The position numbers and the translations under genes are program-made. From an uncultured Bacillales bacterium (GTDB taxonomy: Bacteria; Bacillota_I; Bacilli_A; RFN20; CAG-826): a stretch of 52,941 bases of DNA. Positions 44,059 through 52,893 of this stretch are shown piece by piece. The first letter of the stretch is position 1. Each line of letters starts with the position of its first letter. Where the stretch lies: NCBI GenBank assembly GCA_947306345.1, contig CAMZGG010000001.1:1-52941 (forward strand), in the 5' to 3' direction. The notes under the pieces are model-generated. The model searched no databases. It had not been told where the DNA came from and saw only the letters and a list, made by a program, of their open reading frames with translations.

Positions 44059-44086
44059 ATTATATGCTTTATATTTATTAAAGCAA
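44059..44086 (-). promoter_or_regulatory. Promoter (TTGCTT-16 nt-TATAAT on the minus strand) placing the MATE ATG at about +1
   Basis: On the minus strand the -35 equals forward 44081..44086 and the -10 equals forward 44059..44064. Seven nt separate the -10 from the ATG, and there is no SD. Confidence 0.5.
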
Positions 44087-44100
44087 GCGATTTGCTTTTA

Positions 44101-44126
44101 AAAGAAAAAGGGAACTTTAAGTTCCC
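44101..44126 (-). terminator. Rho-independent terminator after the CotH operon
   Basis: The minus strand reads GGGAAC-ttaaa-GTTCCC followed by TTTTTCTTT. Confidence 0.8.
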
Positions 44127-44130
44127 TTGT

Positions 44131-45957
44131 CTATTTGAATATTTGATCAAGTGATTTCTTTCTATCACTTAACCATTTAGTTAAATAATCAACCGCATCT
44201 TGATGGCTCTTAAATGTTCTAGCGATATCAGGAGTGTATTTAGGAGTAATCTTTCCTAAGTTATCCCATTTTTGATAATTCTTAACGTAGTCATTTTTAA
44301 ATGCTGCGGCAAAGTAATTAGCCTGAGCAATCGCTCCTTCTAGGATTTGTGAGTTCTTAAAGACACTATAGTATTTCTTAATCGTGCTTCTAAAGAAGTC
44401 CGCTCTAGAAAGCATAAAGAACCATGGGTTGAAATTGCCTTGACTCTTAGAGCAGTATTCACCAGAACTACCATAACATTCGCTAGTGTTCACGTTACCG
44501 CTGCTCCAGTCAAAATCCCAAGGTGCACCAAAGGTGAGACGTTTATATTTGCTAGTGGTGGAGAAGTCCACAAACATATAGAAACTACCAAATCCCACAT
44601 CGACATCTTTCATATATTCATGTAAGAGATACATCTTAAAAACTGACTCTAAATCGATAATAGAATTAAGTGTTTCAAATTGTGTGGTGTATGGACTGGC
44701 CACTAATTCGTTATTATCGTCTAACACGAATAAGCCATCGCCATGGACTGCTTTATAAAAAGCATAGTACACATTAGTGAGATATTTTTTAATATAGTTA
44801 ACTTGGTCTTGCGAATAGACATCAGTTTTAACTGCATAGTCTTTACGGTAGAGGGAAGCACCATCTAGTTTATCAGGCTGTTCACCGTCACCTCCCCAGC
44901 CTCCAGGCATACCAGGGAACATGCTCCAGTCAGTACCTTTACCAACGGAGAAGTAGTAGTCTTCTTCACTTGCGCGGCTATCTAGTTCAATTAAATAACC
45001 AACATCTGTGGATGTGTCATTCTTTTCGGCTTCGTTAATCTTAATACGATTGGAATTAGCTTGTTGTTGTTCCGCTAAAACGTAGACGCCATTGTATTTA
45101 CCATTAAGGTAAACCTGAACAGGCATATAATCAGAACAATAATTATCCGAATAGTTAAATAATGAGTTACCTAAATAGAACGCAGTGGCGTTTCTCACCA
45201 TTGATTGGTCAGCGTATTCCGCAAGTAAAACCCAGCTCTTTGCCTTTGCTCCGTGATTTAAACCAAGCATATTAGTTTTACTAGTAAACTTAATACGATA
45301 TGGCTTCTTATCATAAGTCATCGTGCCATTACCACGGCATCTGATTTCACCAGGAGCGTCGTTGAGTTTATATTTATCGTTACAGTTATCCGTTGATAAC
45401 GTCATCGGAACATATGTTTCTTTAGATTCGACTGGTTTGTTATCAGTGTCGATTCTGATATTAGGCATTCCAGTGTTTTCAATAATATGAATCTTGGCTT
45501 TTTTAACATCAATCAATTGATGCTTTTCATCATACACTCTAGCGGTGGCTTCTTTTTCACCAATTTCCTTAAGGGAATTGTTTTCATATTCCACGGTGCA
45601 GCCATAAGGAATCATACCCCTGATGGTTAATTGATGTTCGTTGCCATCATACATATATGATTGATCAACGAATTCGTATTCATTTAAATCATAACTAGCG
45701 TTTTCGTATTTTTCAGCGCCACATTTATTACAAACATATTTAGCGCCTTGGCTTTGAATAATTGTTGGTATCTCGTTCTCATCGTTTGAGAAAACGAAAT
45801 CGTGTTCACAAATAGAACTGCTACTAGCGGATGAGCTACTTTCAGTTGAAGAGCCATTGTTAAAAGATGAACTACCAGAAATAGTGGTATTAACTACGTT
45901 ACATCCAGTAATCGCTAAGGCAAGAACGAAAAGAAATGAGAGTTTTTGGTTTTTCAT
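44131..45957 (-). CDS. CotH-like kinase-fold lipoprotein (paralog 1)
   Basis: Lipobox ITGCN, Ser-rich linker, 4-Cys segment (CEHDF..CNKCG), YDG-type Ig-like module (YMYDGNEHQLTI). CotH-like blocks are PYRIKF, SWVLLAEYADQSMVRN, VYLNGKYNGVYVLAEQ, APWDFDWS. Confidence 0.75.
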   Translation of the reverse strand: MKNQKLSFLFVLALAITGCNVVNTTISGSSSFNNGSSTESSSSASSSSICEHDFVFSNDENEIPTIIQSQGAKYVCNKCGAEKYENASYDLNEYEFVDQSYMYDGNEHQLTIRGMIPYGCTVEYENNSLKEIGEKEATARVYDEKHQLIDVKKAKIHIIENTGMPNIRIDTDNKPVESKETYVPMTLSTDNCNDKYKLNDAPGEIRCRGNGTMTYDKKPYRIKFTSKTNMLGLNHGAKAKSWVLLAEYADQSMVRNATAFYLGNSLFNYSDNYCSDYMPVQVYLNGKYNGVYVLAEQQQANSNRIKINEAEKNDTSTDVGYLIELDSRASEEDYYFSVGKGTDWSMFPGMPGGWGGDGEQPDKLDGASLYRKDYAVKTDVYSQDQVNYIKKYLTNVYYAFYKAVHGDGLFVLDDNNELVASPYTTQFETLNSIIDLESVFKMYLLHEYMKDVDVGFGSFYMFVDFSTTSKYKRLTFGAPWDFDWSSGNVNTSECYGSSGEYCSKSQGNFNPWFFMLSRADFFRSTIKKYYSVFKNSQILEGAIAQANYFAAAFKNDYVKNYQKWDNLGKITPKYTPDIARTFKSHQDAVDYLTKWLSDRKKSLDQIFK

Positions 45958-47969
45958 TATTTGAGGTAAACGCTATCCAAATAAGCCTTTCTTTCAGTTA
46001 ACCAACTAACAAGATATGTCGTGGCCTCAGTAAAACTATCATATTGTCTAGTTTGCATTAAGGTTGCACCTGATGCACCTTTACCATATCTAGTGTGGTT
46101 ATCATCAAAGACATCTTTAAACGCAACGCGTTCATATTCGATGTTACTAATCATTTTATCAAAGATACCTGATTTATCAAAAATGGAATAATACTTTTTA
46201 AACATGTCCTTAAAGAAGTCTGTTTGGCTAAGCATATATAACCATGGATTGGCGGTGGTCATGCCAGTTGCATATTCACTATTATTCAAGAAGTTATCAT
46301 TGGTAGAAGAGATACCTGAGGTTGGGATGTCTTTATCGCTAGAGGAACCACCTTGGCCTCCCCAGCCTCCCCAGCCACCAGAGCTGCCTTGCTTATTGCC
46401 TTCGCCCAAATCAAAGTCCCAAGGAGCAGACATGGTCAAACGTTTAACTGTACTCTTCGAAGAGAAGTCGACATACATATAGAAACTGCCCCAACCGACA
46501 TCATAGTCTTTCATAAATTCTTGAAGGACATACATTCTCATGAATGAGTCGACATCGATATAAGCATTTAATGTGTCATATTGAGTGGTGTATGGACTAT
46601 CAACGAGTTCAGCGTTTTCATTGACTATTTGTTTAGCGCCGTCTTTAAATAAGCCCTTAAAAGCCTTTAAGACATTATTCATATAGTCTCTAATAAATGG
46701 GACTTGGTCATCACCATAGGTGTCAGTCTTAACAGCATAGCCTTTATCAGAAATAGAAACACCATTGATGGAATCGCCACCTTGGCCACCCCAACCCCAG
46801 CCACTAGAACTGCCTGTGCCAGTAGTGAAGCAAGGATCACCTTCTAAAGTGCCGATATGAGTGGTGCTATCAACATGGCCTTGTTGAGTGACAAGTCCAT
46901 CGATTTCGATTAAATAACCAACATCAGTGCCGGTATAGTTTTCCGCTGCTTCGTTAATTGGAATACGACCTTTCTTAGCTTGTTGTTGTTCTGCTAAAAG
47001 ATAGACGCCACGGTTTTCACCATTCATGTATAAGTTGACGTGTTTATAATCGCTGGAATAATAACCAGAATAGTTAAATAAGGAATTGCCCATCGCAAAA
47101 GCGGTTTCGTTTCTAAACCTAGATTGGTCAAAGAAGTCGGCGAGTAAGACCCAGCTCTTTTCTTTTAAGCCATCGTTAAGACCTAGTAAGTTAGTTTTAC
47201 CACCGAGTTTAAGACGGAAAGCACGTTTCGCCACTGATTCTTGGTTAGTACTGTTACCTCTGACCTTAATTTGACCCGCTAAGTTAGAGAATTCATAACT
47301 AGCTTGACCAGCATTATCGATGGTGAGTTTCATATCTTTATATTCTCTTTCCCCGTTATGACTATGCCAGTCAGGATCTTCACCATCTACGGTTTCCACT
47401 CTAACGTTTGGTAAACCGATATTTTCAGTAATATTAATCTTGGCTTTCTTTTCCATGATGAGAACATTGTTATCACCATAGAATTTAGCGGTGGCTTCTT
47501 GTGTGCCTAATTCTTTACGTTCGTTATTTTCATATTGCACAGTGACACCATAAGGTAAAACACCTTCAATCATTACTTTATGGCTATTGCCATCATACAT
47601 ATAAGACATATCGTCAAAGACGAATTCATCCATCTTATAACAATCACCGTCAGCATCAAAATCACAGTTTGGGCAATGATAATGAACAGTGCCTTTTTCT
47701 AAAAGTGTAGCTTCTTCAATAATGGTTTCTGTAAGTTGGTGGTTAGTGCAATCATCTGGATTGAGGTTTGTGCTAGATGTCATAAAAGAAGAACTAGATG
47801 ATTCACTAGTGGTGTTAGAACTGCTGTTTTCGCTCTCGCTAACGGATGAGGAAATAGAAGCAGTGGAACTATTATTTGAGTTTTCGCTTGTGGATGCCTG
47901 AACAGCGCAGCCACTAACGAGACCTGATAAAGCCAAAAGCATGACTAATTTTTTAACTGATTGTTTCAT
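45957..47969 (-). CDS. CotH-like kinase-fold lipoprotein (paralog 2) with Gly/Trp-rich insertions
   Basis: Start at MKQSVKKL (47969) with a GAGAGGA RBS. Lipobox VSGCA. Same domain order as paralog 1 (CPNCDF; YMYDGNSHKVMI; AFRLKL; SWVLLADFFDQSRFRN; APWDFDLG). Its stop overlaps the paralog 1 start (TAATG). Confidence 0.75.
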   Translation of the reverse strand: MKQSVKKLVMLLALSGLVSGCAVQASTSENSNNSSTASISSSVSESENSSSNTTSESSSSSFMTSSTNLNPDDCTNHQLTETIIEEATLLEKGTVHYHCPNCDFDADGDCYKMDEFVFDDMSYMYDGNSHKVMIEGVLPYGVTVQYENNERKELGTQEATAKFYGDNNVLIMEKKAKINITENIGLPNVRVETVDGEDPDWHSHNGEREYKDMKLTIDNAGQASYEFSNLAGQIKVRGNSTNQESVAKRAFRLKLGGKTNLLGLNDGLKEKSWVLLADFFDQSRFRNETAFAMGNSLFNYSGYYSSDYKHVNLYMNGENRGVYLLAEQQQAKKGRIPINEAAENYTGTDVGYLIEIDGLVTQQGHVDSTTHIGTLEGDPCFTTGTGSSSGWGWGGQGGDSINGVSISDKGYAVKTDTYGDDQVPFIRDYMNNVLKAFKGLFKDGAKQIVNENAELVDSPYTTQYDTLNAYIDVDSFMRMYVLQEFMKDYDVGWGSFYMYVDFSSKSTVKRLTMSAPWDFDLGEGNKQGSSGGWGGWGGQGGSSSDKDIPTSGISSTNDNFLNNSEYATGMTTANPWLYMLSQTDFFKDMFKKYYSIFDKSGIFDKMISNIEYERVAFKDVFDDNHTRYGKGASGATLMQTRQYDSFTEATTYLVSWLTERKAYLDSVYLK

Positions 47970-48031
47970 ATATAAATCCTCTCTCAAAGGTATTCACAAT
48001 ATGAATATAAGTATATAACCTTAAATGAAAC

Positions 48032-48057
48032 AAAAAAGAGGTTCATACCTGAACCCC
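48032..48057 (-). terminator. Terminator downstream of the minus-strand tRNA-Met
   Basis: The minus strand reads GGGGTTCA-ggta-TGAACCTC followed by TTTTTT. Confidence 0.6.
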
Positions 48058-48070
48058 TTAGAAAACAATT

Positions 48071-48147
48071 TGGTAGCTGGAGGCGGATTCGAACCGTCGA
48101 CCGACCGGGTATGAACCGATTGCTCTAGCCAGCTGAGCTATCCAGCC
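48071..48147 (-). tRNA. tRNA-Met, elongator type (anticodon CAU)
   Basis: Reverse complement GGCTGGATAGCTCAGCTGGCTAGAGCAATCGGTTCATACCCGGT...TCCAGCTACCA. Anticodon arm ATCGG-TTCATAC-CCGGT. The G1-U72 pair and GGTTCATACC resemble Bacillus elongator tRNA-Met. Confidence 0.85.
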
Positions 48148-48343
48148 AAATCGCTTACAAATGTAAGCAAGAAGTAATTATATAGAAAAGATATTCACAT
48201 AGCAAGTTAAGTTTTTAAAATTTTTAGAATGTTGTTGAGTTAAAGCACACCTAACCAGTAAAATATAATTCCAAGCACACAAATATCTAGTTATTCGTGC
48301 TTTTTATTTAAATAAAGAATAGAATGTAGAAAGAGTTAAATTT

Positions 48344-48784
48344 ATGCCAAATTGTCGTAACTGTGGGGCACGTTTATCAAAGTTTGACACAGATCTCTGC
48401 CCCGTCTGTGGAATCAAAGATCCTTTACAAGGCACTAGCAGTGAAACTGTTGAAATCACTTCTCAAATAGATTTAAGCCAAATGCAAGAAGGTCAAAAAG
48501 TGGTGAGACGTCGTAAAAAGATGATTGCCTATTTCTTTGCGCTTGGTTTTACAGGTTTACCATTCTTCTACATTAAAAAATATGTTTTAGGTTTAATTTG
48601 GCTCGTCGCAAACCTCGCTGTTTTAGGTGGTTTATTCGCAGTCTTCTATTTCGCTATGCACGCTCATATCGCTGTGGCAATTATCGTTCCATTATTAATC
48701 GTTTATGTGGTCAACGCTATTGTCGCTGCTATTTATAATTTCTTACCAGACATCAAAGATGGTGAAGGAGAATTCATTGTTTAA
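48344..48784 (+). CDS. Zinc-ribbon plus TM2-domain membrane protein
   Basis: N-terminal CxxC..CxxC (CRNCGARLSKFDTDLCPVCG) and a TM2-like hairpin (FFALGFTGLPFFYIKKYVLGLIWLV). Confidence 0.7.
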   Translation: MPNCRNCGARLSKFDTDLCPVCGIKDPLQGTSSETVEITSQIDLSQMQEGQKVVRRRKKMIAYFFALGFTGLPFFYIKKYVLGLIWLVANLAVLGGLFAVFYFAMHAHIAVAIIVPLLIVYVVNAIVAAIYNFLPDIKDGEGEFIV

Positions 48785-49497
48785 TGCAACGTTACTTTGC
48801 CTCTTTATTAGATGCTGAACACGTTCAATTAACTAAAGATGACGAACATCACCTTTTACATGTTATGCGCATGAAAAAGGATGATGAAATCGAAGTCGTC
48901 GCTGATGACAAACTATATCTATGCAAAATCAAGAGTGCTAACCCTCTTGATATTTATATTGTTAACGAAATTAAAAGTGATGTTGAACTACCAGTGAATG
49001 TCACTTTATTATTTGCTCTCACCAAAGGTGATAAAATCGATTTAGTGGTGCAAAAAGCCACTGAATTAGGCGTTAAAAATATTGCCTTAATCCAAAGTGA
49101 AAGAACTGTCGTGAAATACGATAACAAGGATATCGATAAGAAGATTCAACGCTTCCAAAAGATTATGAAAGAAGCTAGTGAACAATCTCATCGTCTTGTG
49201 GTTCCAACCTTACTTGGCATCTATAGCCTAAAGCAATTACCAAAAGAAGCTTTTAGCGACCTTAACTATATCGCATATGAAAAAGAAGCGGGGGACACAA
49301 AAGCAGCGTTCGCTGATGTCGATAAGAATAAATCAGTTTCTATCCTTGTTGGTCCAGAAGGTGGTTTTTCAGAAGAAGAAGTTAATAACCTTGTAAAACA
49401 AGGTTTCATAAGAACATCCTTAGGCAAGCGTATCTTACGCGCGGAAACCGCCGCAATATATGCCTTAAGTGTGTTAGGATATCTATTAGAGAAATGA
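48784..49497 (+). CDS. rsmE: 16S rRNA (uracil1498-N3)-methyltransferase RsmE
   Basis: MQRYF N-terminus, PUA-like region, and the C-terminal SPOUT motifs LVGPEGGFSEEE and LGKRILRAETA. Confidence 0.85.
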   Translation: MQRYFASLLDAEHVQLTKDDEHHLLHVMRMKKDDEIEVVADDKLYLCKIKSANPLDIYIVNEIKSDVELPVNVTLLFALTKGDKIDLVVQKATELGVKNIALIQSERTVVKYDNKDIDKKIQRFQKIMKEASEQSHRLVVPTLLGIYSLKQLPKEAFSDLNYIAYEKEAGDTKAAFADVDKNKSVSILVGPEGGFSEEEVNNLVKQGFIRTSLGKRILRAETAAIYALSVLGYLLEK

Positions 49498-50276
49498 AAA
49501 AGTTATTAAAGTACATCGCTAGCAAAGCTAAGAAAAGAACGGACTTCGAACAAAGCGAAGAATATCGCTTCTTTTTAGAGAACCGTCATTACTTAACTAA
49601 AATCCCACGCTTTGTCAGTTTCTATGAACCAGGTGATGAACCATTTAACGTCATCAGAGCAAATGTCATTTTATATGGCTATCTTAATAAAATGGCGATG
49701 GAAGATGAGACTGAAAACCTTAAAGGTTATATCAACACTAATAACAAGAATAACCACGCTAACTTTGTTAAATCATTCCATGAAATTATTTCTGAACAAC
49801 CATATTATCAAGAAGGCCAAAAGAAGATTTATATCCCATTCTTTACTCGCTCACTTAATCAAATCTATTTTGATGAACCAGAGAAGTTATTAACTTCACC
49901 ATATGCTGGTTTAAAAGATAAGTTCCAAGATACAGTCGTGGATCCTTTTGATACATATGGTAGTGAATTATATAACTCCCATTTCTCTAGACTTGTTAAA
50001 GTCAAACAAGAAGACAAAGAAACTGCCTTCTTCCATTACGACACCAACACTATTTATTTTGTAAATGAACAAGGTAGACTTGATGGAACGGTAGTGTTGT
50101 TTGACCGTTATTTACGTCGTCCTTCCTATTCGCATATGCTAGAAAGAATTAGACCAGTCGTGGACGCTTATTTCAATTTTGATAGAGAAGGCTTTATTAA
50201 CGCTTTATTTGATAATGGCTTTGTGTCATCTCACTTAATCCACTTAATTAGATTCCACGATTGGGCCAAACTATGA
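49494..50276 (+). CDS. Hypothetical protein (260 aa), translationally coupled between rsmE and mtaB
   Basis: ATGA overlaps at both ends. No motif I recognise. Confidence 0.6.
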   Translation: MKKLLKYIASKAKKRTDFEQSEEYRFFLENRHYLTKIPRFVSFYEPGDEPFNVIRANVILYGYLNKMAMEDETENLKGYINTNNKNNHANFVKSFHEIISEQPYYQEGQKKIYIPFFTRSLNQIYFDEPEKLLTSPYAGLKDKFQDTVVDPFDTYGSELYNSHFSRLVKVKQEDKETAFFHYDTNTIYFVNEQGRLDGTVVLFDRYLRRPSYSHMLERIRPVVDAYFNFDREGFINALFDNGFVSSHLIHLIRFHDWAKL

Positions 50277-51535
50277 AAACATTCTCGACATACAATTTAG
50301 GCTGCAAAGTTAACGCTTATGAATTAAGCGCTATTTCGTCATTGCTCATTAAAGAAGGCTTCGTAGAAGATAATCAAAATCCTGATGTCGTTATCATCAA
50401 TACTTGTTCAGTAACTGCAACCGCGGATCAAAAGAGCCGTCAGCATATCCGTAAGATGCAAAAGCTCTATCCTAATGCGATTATCGCGGTGATGGGTTGT
50501 TACGCTCAAGGAAACTATAAGTTTATTGAAGAAGAGATTAAACCAACTATCCTTCTAGGTACTTCTCACCGTAAAGACGTCGTGGAACTTATTAAGCAAG
50601 CCTTAAATGACCATCAATATAAAACTCTTGTCAAAGAAAACACCAGACAGTTTGAATACGAAGAACTTGGTATCACTTCTTATAGTGAAAATGTCAGAGC
50701 ATTCCTTAAAATTCAAGATGGTTGTAATAACTTCTGCACATACTGCATCGTGCCATTTAGACGCGGCAAAATGCGCTCCAGAGAAAAGGGAAACGTCATT
50801 AAAGAAGCGGAATACCTTGTACAACAAGGTTATCAAGAAATCGTCCTTTCTGGTATCCATGTCGGTGGCTATGGTCAAGACTTAGAAAATTGCTCCTTCT
50901 CTGACCTCGTGGAAGAACTTAGTAATATCCCAAATCTTAAGAGTTTAAGAATATCCTCAATCGAGGAAAGTGAGATTGATGATAAGTTAATCAAACTCAT
51001 CCAAACTAAAGATAATCTCGCAAAACATTTACATATTCCATTACAAGCGGGTTCTAATCACGTTCTTAAAATGATGAACCGCAAATACACAAGAGAACAA
51101 TTCATTGAACGTATTAAGCAAATCAAAAAACTTGTGCCAGATGTGATGATCTCTGGTGACGTCATTGTGGGTTTCCCACAAGAAACTGAAGAAGATTTTA
51201 TGGATACATATAATCTCTGCAAAGAGTGTTTCGATATGCTCCATGTCTTCCCATATAGTCAACGCCCAGGCACATATGCAGCGAAGATGGATGGACAAAT
51301 CCCTCCAGAAGTGAAGAAGGAAAGAAGCAAACGTTTATTAGAACTCTCCAATGAGTTATATAAGAAATACGCAAGTAAGTTTATTGGCCAAGAAGTCACT
51401 GTCTTAATTGAAAAATATGATGAAAAACAACAAGCATATGTTGGTCATACAAGCAATTATTTAGAGGTGAAGATTCCTATGGAATCTAAAGTCGGTGAAT
51501 ATAAGACAGTAAAACTACAAAAAGATATGATATAA
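50273..51535 (+). CDS. mtaB: tRNA (t6A37) methylthiotransferase MtaB (radical SAM, MiaB-like)
   Basis: N-terminal TYNLGCKVNAYE, radical-SAM CNNFCTYC, C-terminal TRAM-like domain. ATG at 50273 preferred over the TTG at 50261. Confidence 0.85.
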   Translation: MKTFSTYNLGCKVNAYELSAISSLLIKEGFVEDNQNPDVVIINTCSVTATADQKSRQHIRKMQKLYPNAIIAVMGCYAQGNYKFIEEEIKPTILLGTSHRKDVVELIKQALNDHQYKTLVKENTRQFEYEELGITSYSENVRAFLKIQDGCNNFCTYCIVPFRRGKMRSREKGNVIKEAEYLVQQGYQEIVLSGIHVGGYGQDLENCSFSDLVEELSNIPNLKSLRISSIEESEIDDKLIKLIQTKDNLAKHLHIPLQAGSNHVLKMMNRKYTREQFIERIKQIKKLVPDVMISGDVIVGFPQETEEDFMDTYNLCKECFDMLHVFPYSQRPGTYAAKMDGQIPPEVKKERSKRLLELSNELYKKYASKFIGQEVTVLIEKYDEKQQAYVGHTSNYLEVKIPMESKVGEYKTVKLQKDMI

Positions 51536-51577
51536 TCTAAATAAAATACAATAGTTTAGAAGATGTCTAAAAACGTA

Positions 51578-51606
51578 TTGACTAAATAGTACTATTTATA
51601 TATACT
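51578..51606 (+). promoter_or_regulatory. Promoter (TTGACT-17 nt-TATACT) of rpmF
   Basis: -35 at 51578..51583 and -10 at 51601..51606. AAGGAGGA RBS downstream. Confidence 0.6.
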
Positions 51607-51634
51607 AATTCCCGTTGCTAAGGAGGAAGACACT

Positions 51635-51883
51635 ATGGCCGTCCCACAAAGAAGAATTAGTAAAACAAGAAAAAGATTAAGAAGAACACATTTCAAGTTA
51701 AACGTTACAGGTTTAGTTACATGCCCACAATGTGGTGCGATGATCAAAGCTCACCATGTTTGCCCAAAATGTGGTTACTATGCCGGTAAAGCAGTTATCT
51801 TAAACGGTAAACTCGTTAAAGAAGAAAAACCAACTGCTGCTAAGAAACCAGCTAAAAAAGCCGCTAAGAAAGCTGAAAAGTAA
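51635..51883 (+). CDS. rpmF: 50S ribosomal protein L32 with Lys/Ala-rich C-terminal extension
   Basis: [20 protein letters not shown]-terminus and a CxxC..CxxC zinc knuckle. An additional ~25-aa [18 protein letters not shown] tail. Confidence 0.9.
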   Translation: MAVPQRRISKTRKRLRRTHFKLNVTGLVTCPQCGAMIKAHHVCPKCGYYAGKAVILNGKLVKEEKPTAAKKPAKKAAKKAEK

Positions 51884-51906
51884 TTATTCTTAACATTTTA
51901 GAAGAT

Positions 51907-51934
51907 AAGTCCTTAACTGGACTTTTTCTTTTTG
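51907..51934 (+). terminator. Rho-independent terminator after rpmF
   Basis: AAGTCC-ttaact-GGACTT followed by TTTCTTTTT. Confidence 0.7.
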
Positions 51935-51971
51935 TGTTATAATAAAATGCTTGCAAAGGAGCAAATAGACA

Positions 51972-52610
51972 ATGCAATACAATAAACTTATTGATCATAC
52001 TTTATTAAAGCAAGACGCCCAACCAGAACAAATCGTTAAACTCTGTGAAGAAGCAAAGCAATTTGATTTCATGTCAGTTTGTGTTAATCCTGCTTATGTC
52101 CCATTAGCCGCGAAATGTTTAGAAGATAGCGATGTTAAAGTCTGTACCGTTATTGGCTTCCCTCTTGGCATGAATTTAACCAAGACCAAAGTCGAAGAAG
52201 CCGTTTTAGCAGTCAAAGAAGGCGCTGATGAAGTTGATATGGTTATCAATGTTGGTATGTTAAAAGCCGGTCATGATGATTATGTCAGAGAAGAAATCAG
52301 AGAAATCAAACAAGCTGTTGGTCACAATATCATCTTAAAAGTCATTATTGAAACATGCTTATTAAATAACGATGAAATCGTTCGTGCTTGTAAAGCCGCT
52401 AAAGAAGCTGGTGCTGACTTCGTTAAAACAAGTACAGGCTTCTCAACTGGCGGTGCCACTGTTGAAGCAGTTAAACTCATGAGAGAAACTGTTGGTCCAG
52501 AAATGGGTGTTAAAGCCAGTGGTGGTGTTCGTACACACGAAGACTTAATTGCCATGGTTGAAGCGGGTGCTAACCGCATCGGCACATCCAGTGGTGCGAA
52601 AATTATTTAA
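51972..52610 (+). CDS. deoC: Deoxyribose-phosphate aldolase
   Basis: IDHTLLK N-terminus, [21 protein letters not shown], and the Schiff-base region [10 protein letters not shown]. Confidence 0.9.
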   Translation: MQYNKLIDHTLLKQDAQPEQIVKLCEEAKQFDFMSVCVNPAYVPLAAKCLEDSDVKVCTVIGFPLGMNLTKTKVEEAVLAVKEGADEVDMVINVGMLKAGHDDYVREEIREIKQAVGHNIILKVIIETCLLNNDEIVRACKAAKEAGADFVKTSTGFSTGGATVEAVKLMRETVGPEMGVKASGGVRTHEDLIAMVEAGANRIGTSSGAKII

Positions 52611-52685
52611 TAATAATACTTGCATTAATTAGACTACTTTGTAATAATAGACACGTTGCGAAAAGCTTCAAGGAGGTGAATAGAC

Positions 52686-52862
52686 ATGCCAAAGACTTCA
52701 GTTCGTGAAAACGAAACATTAGATGATGCTCTTCGTAGATTCAAAAGACAAGTTAATAAAGCTGGCACTATCCAAGAAGCCCGTAAGAGAGAATTTTTCT
52801 TAAAGAAATCTCTTAAGAGAAAAGTAAAAAGCGAAAACGCTCGTCGTAAAAATCGCAAGTAA
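52686..52862 (+). CDS. rpsU: 30S ribosomal protein S21
   Basis: Not in the ORF track (58 aa). Hand translation gives [70 protein letters not shown] at 52670..52678. Confidence 0.9.
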   Translation: MPKTSVRENETLDDALRRFKRQVNKAGTIQEARKREFFLKKSLKRKVKSENARRKNRK

Positions 52863-52893
52863 TCAATTGCCTGGACTAAACTCCGGGCGAGAT

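Noticed and set aside
44052-44168. Long N-terminal extension of the MATE ORF (start at 44168)
   Set aside because: It would overlap the end of the CotH gene and read through its terminator (44101..44126) and a good promoter. MATE homology begins near MIKRIAH.
52866-52890. Hairpin CCTGGA-ctaaac-TCCGGG between rpsU and the initiator-like tRNA
   Set aside because: There is no T-run, so it is not a convincing terminator. It may be a processing structure, but that cannot be supported from sequence alone.
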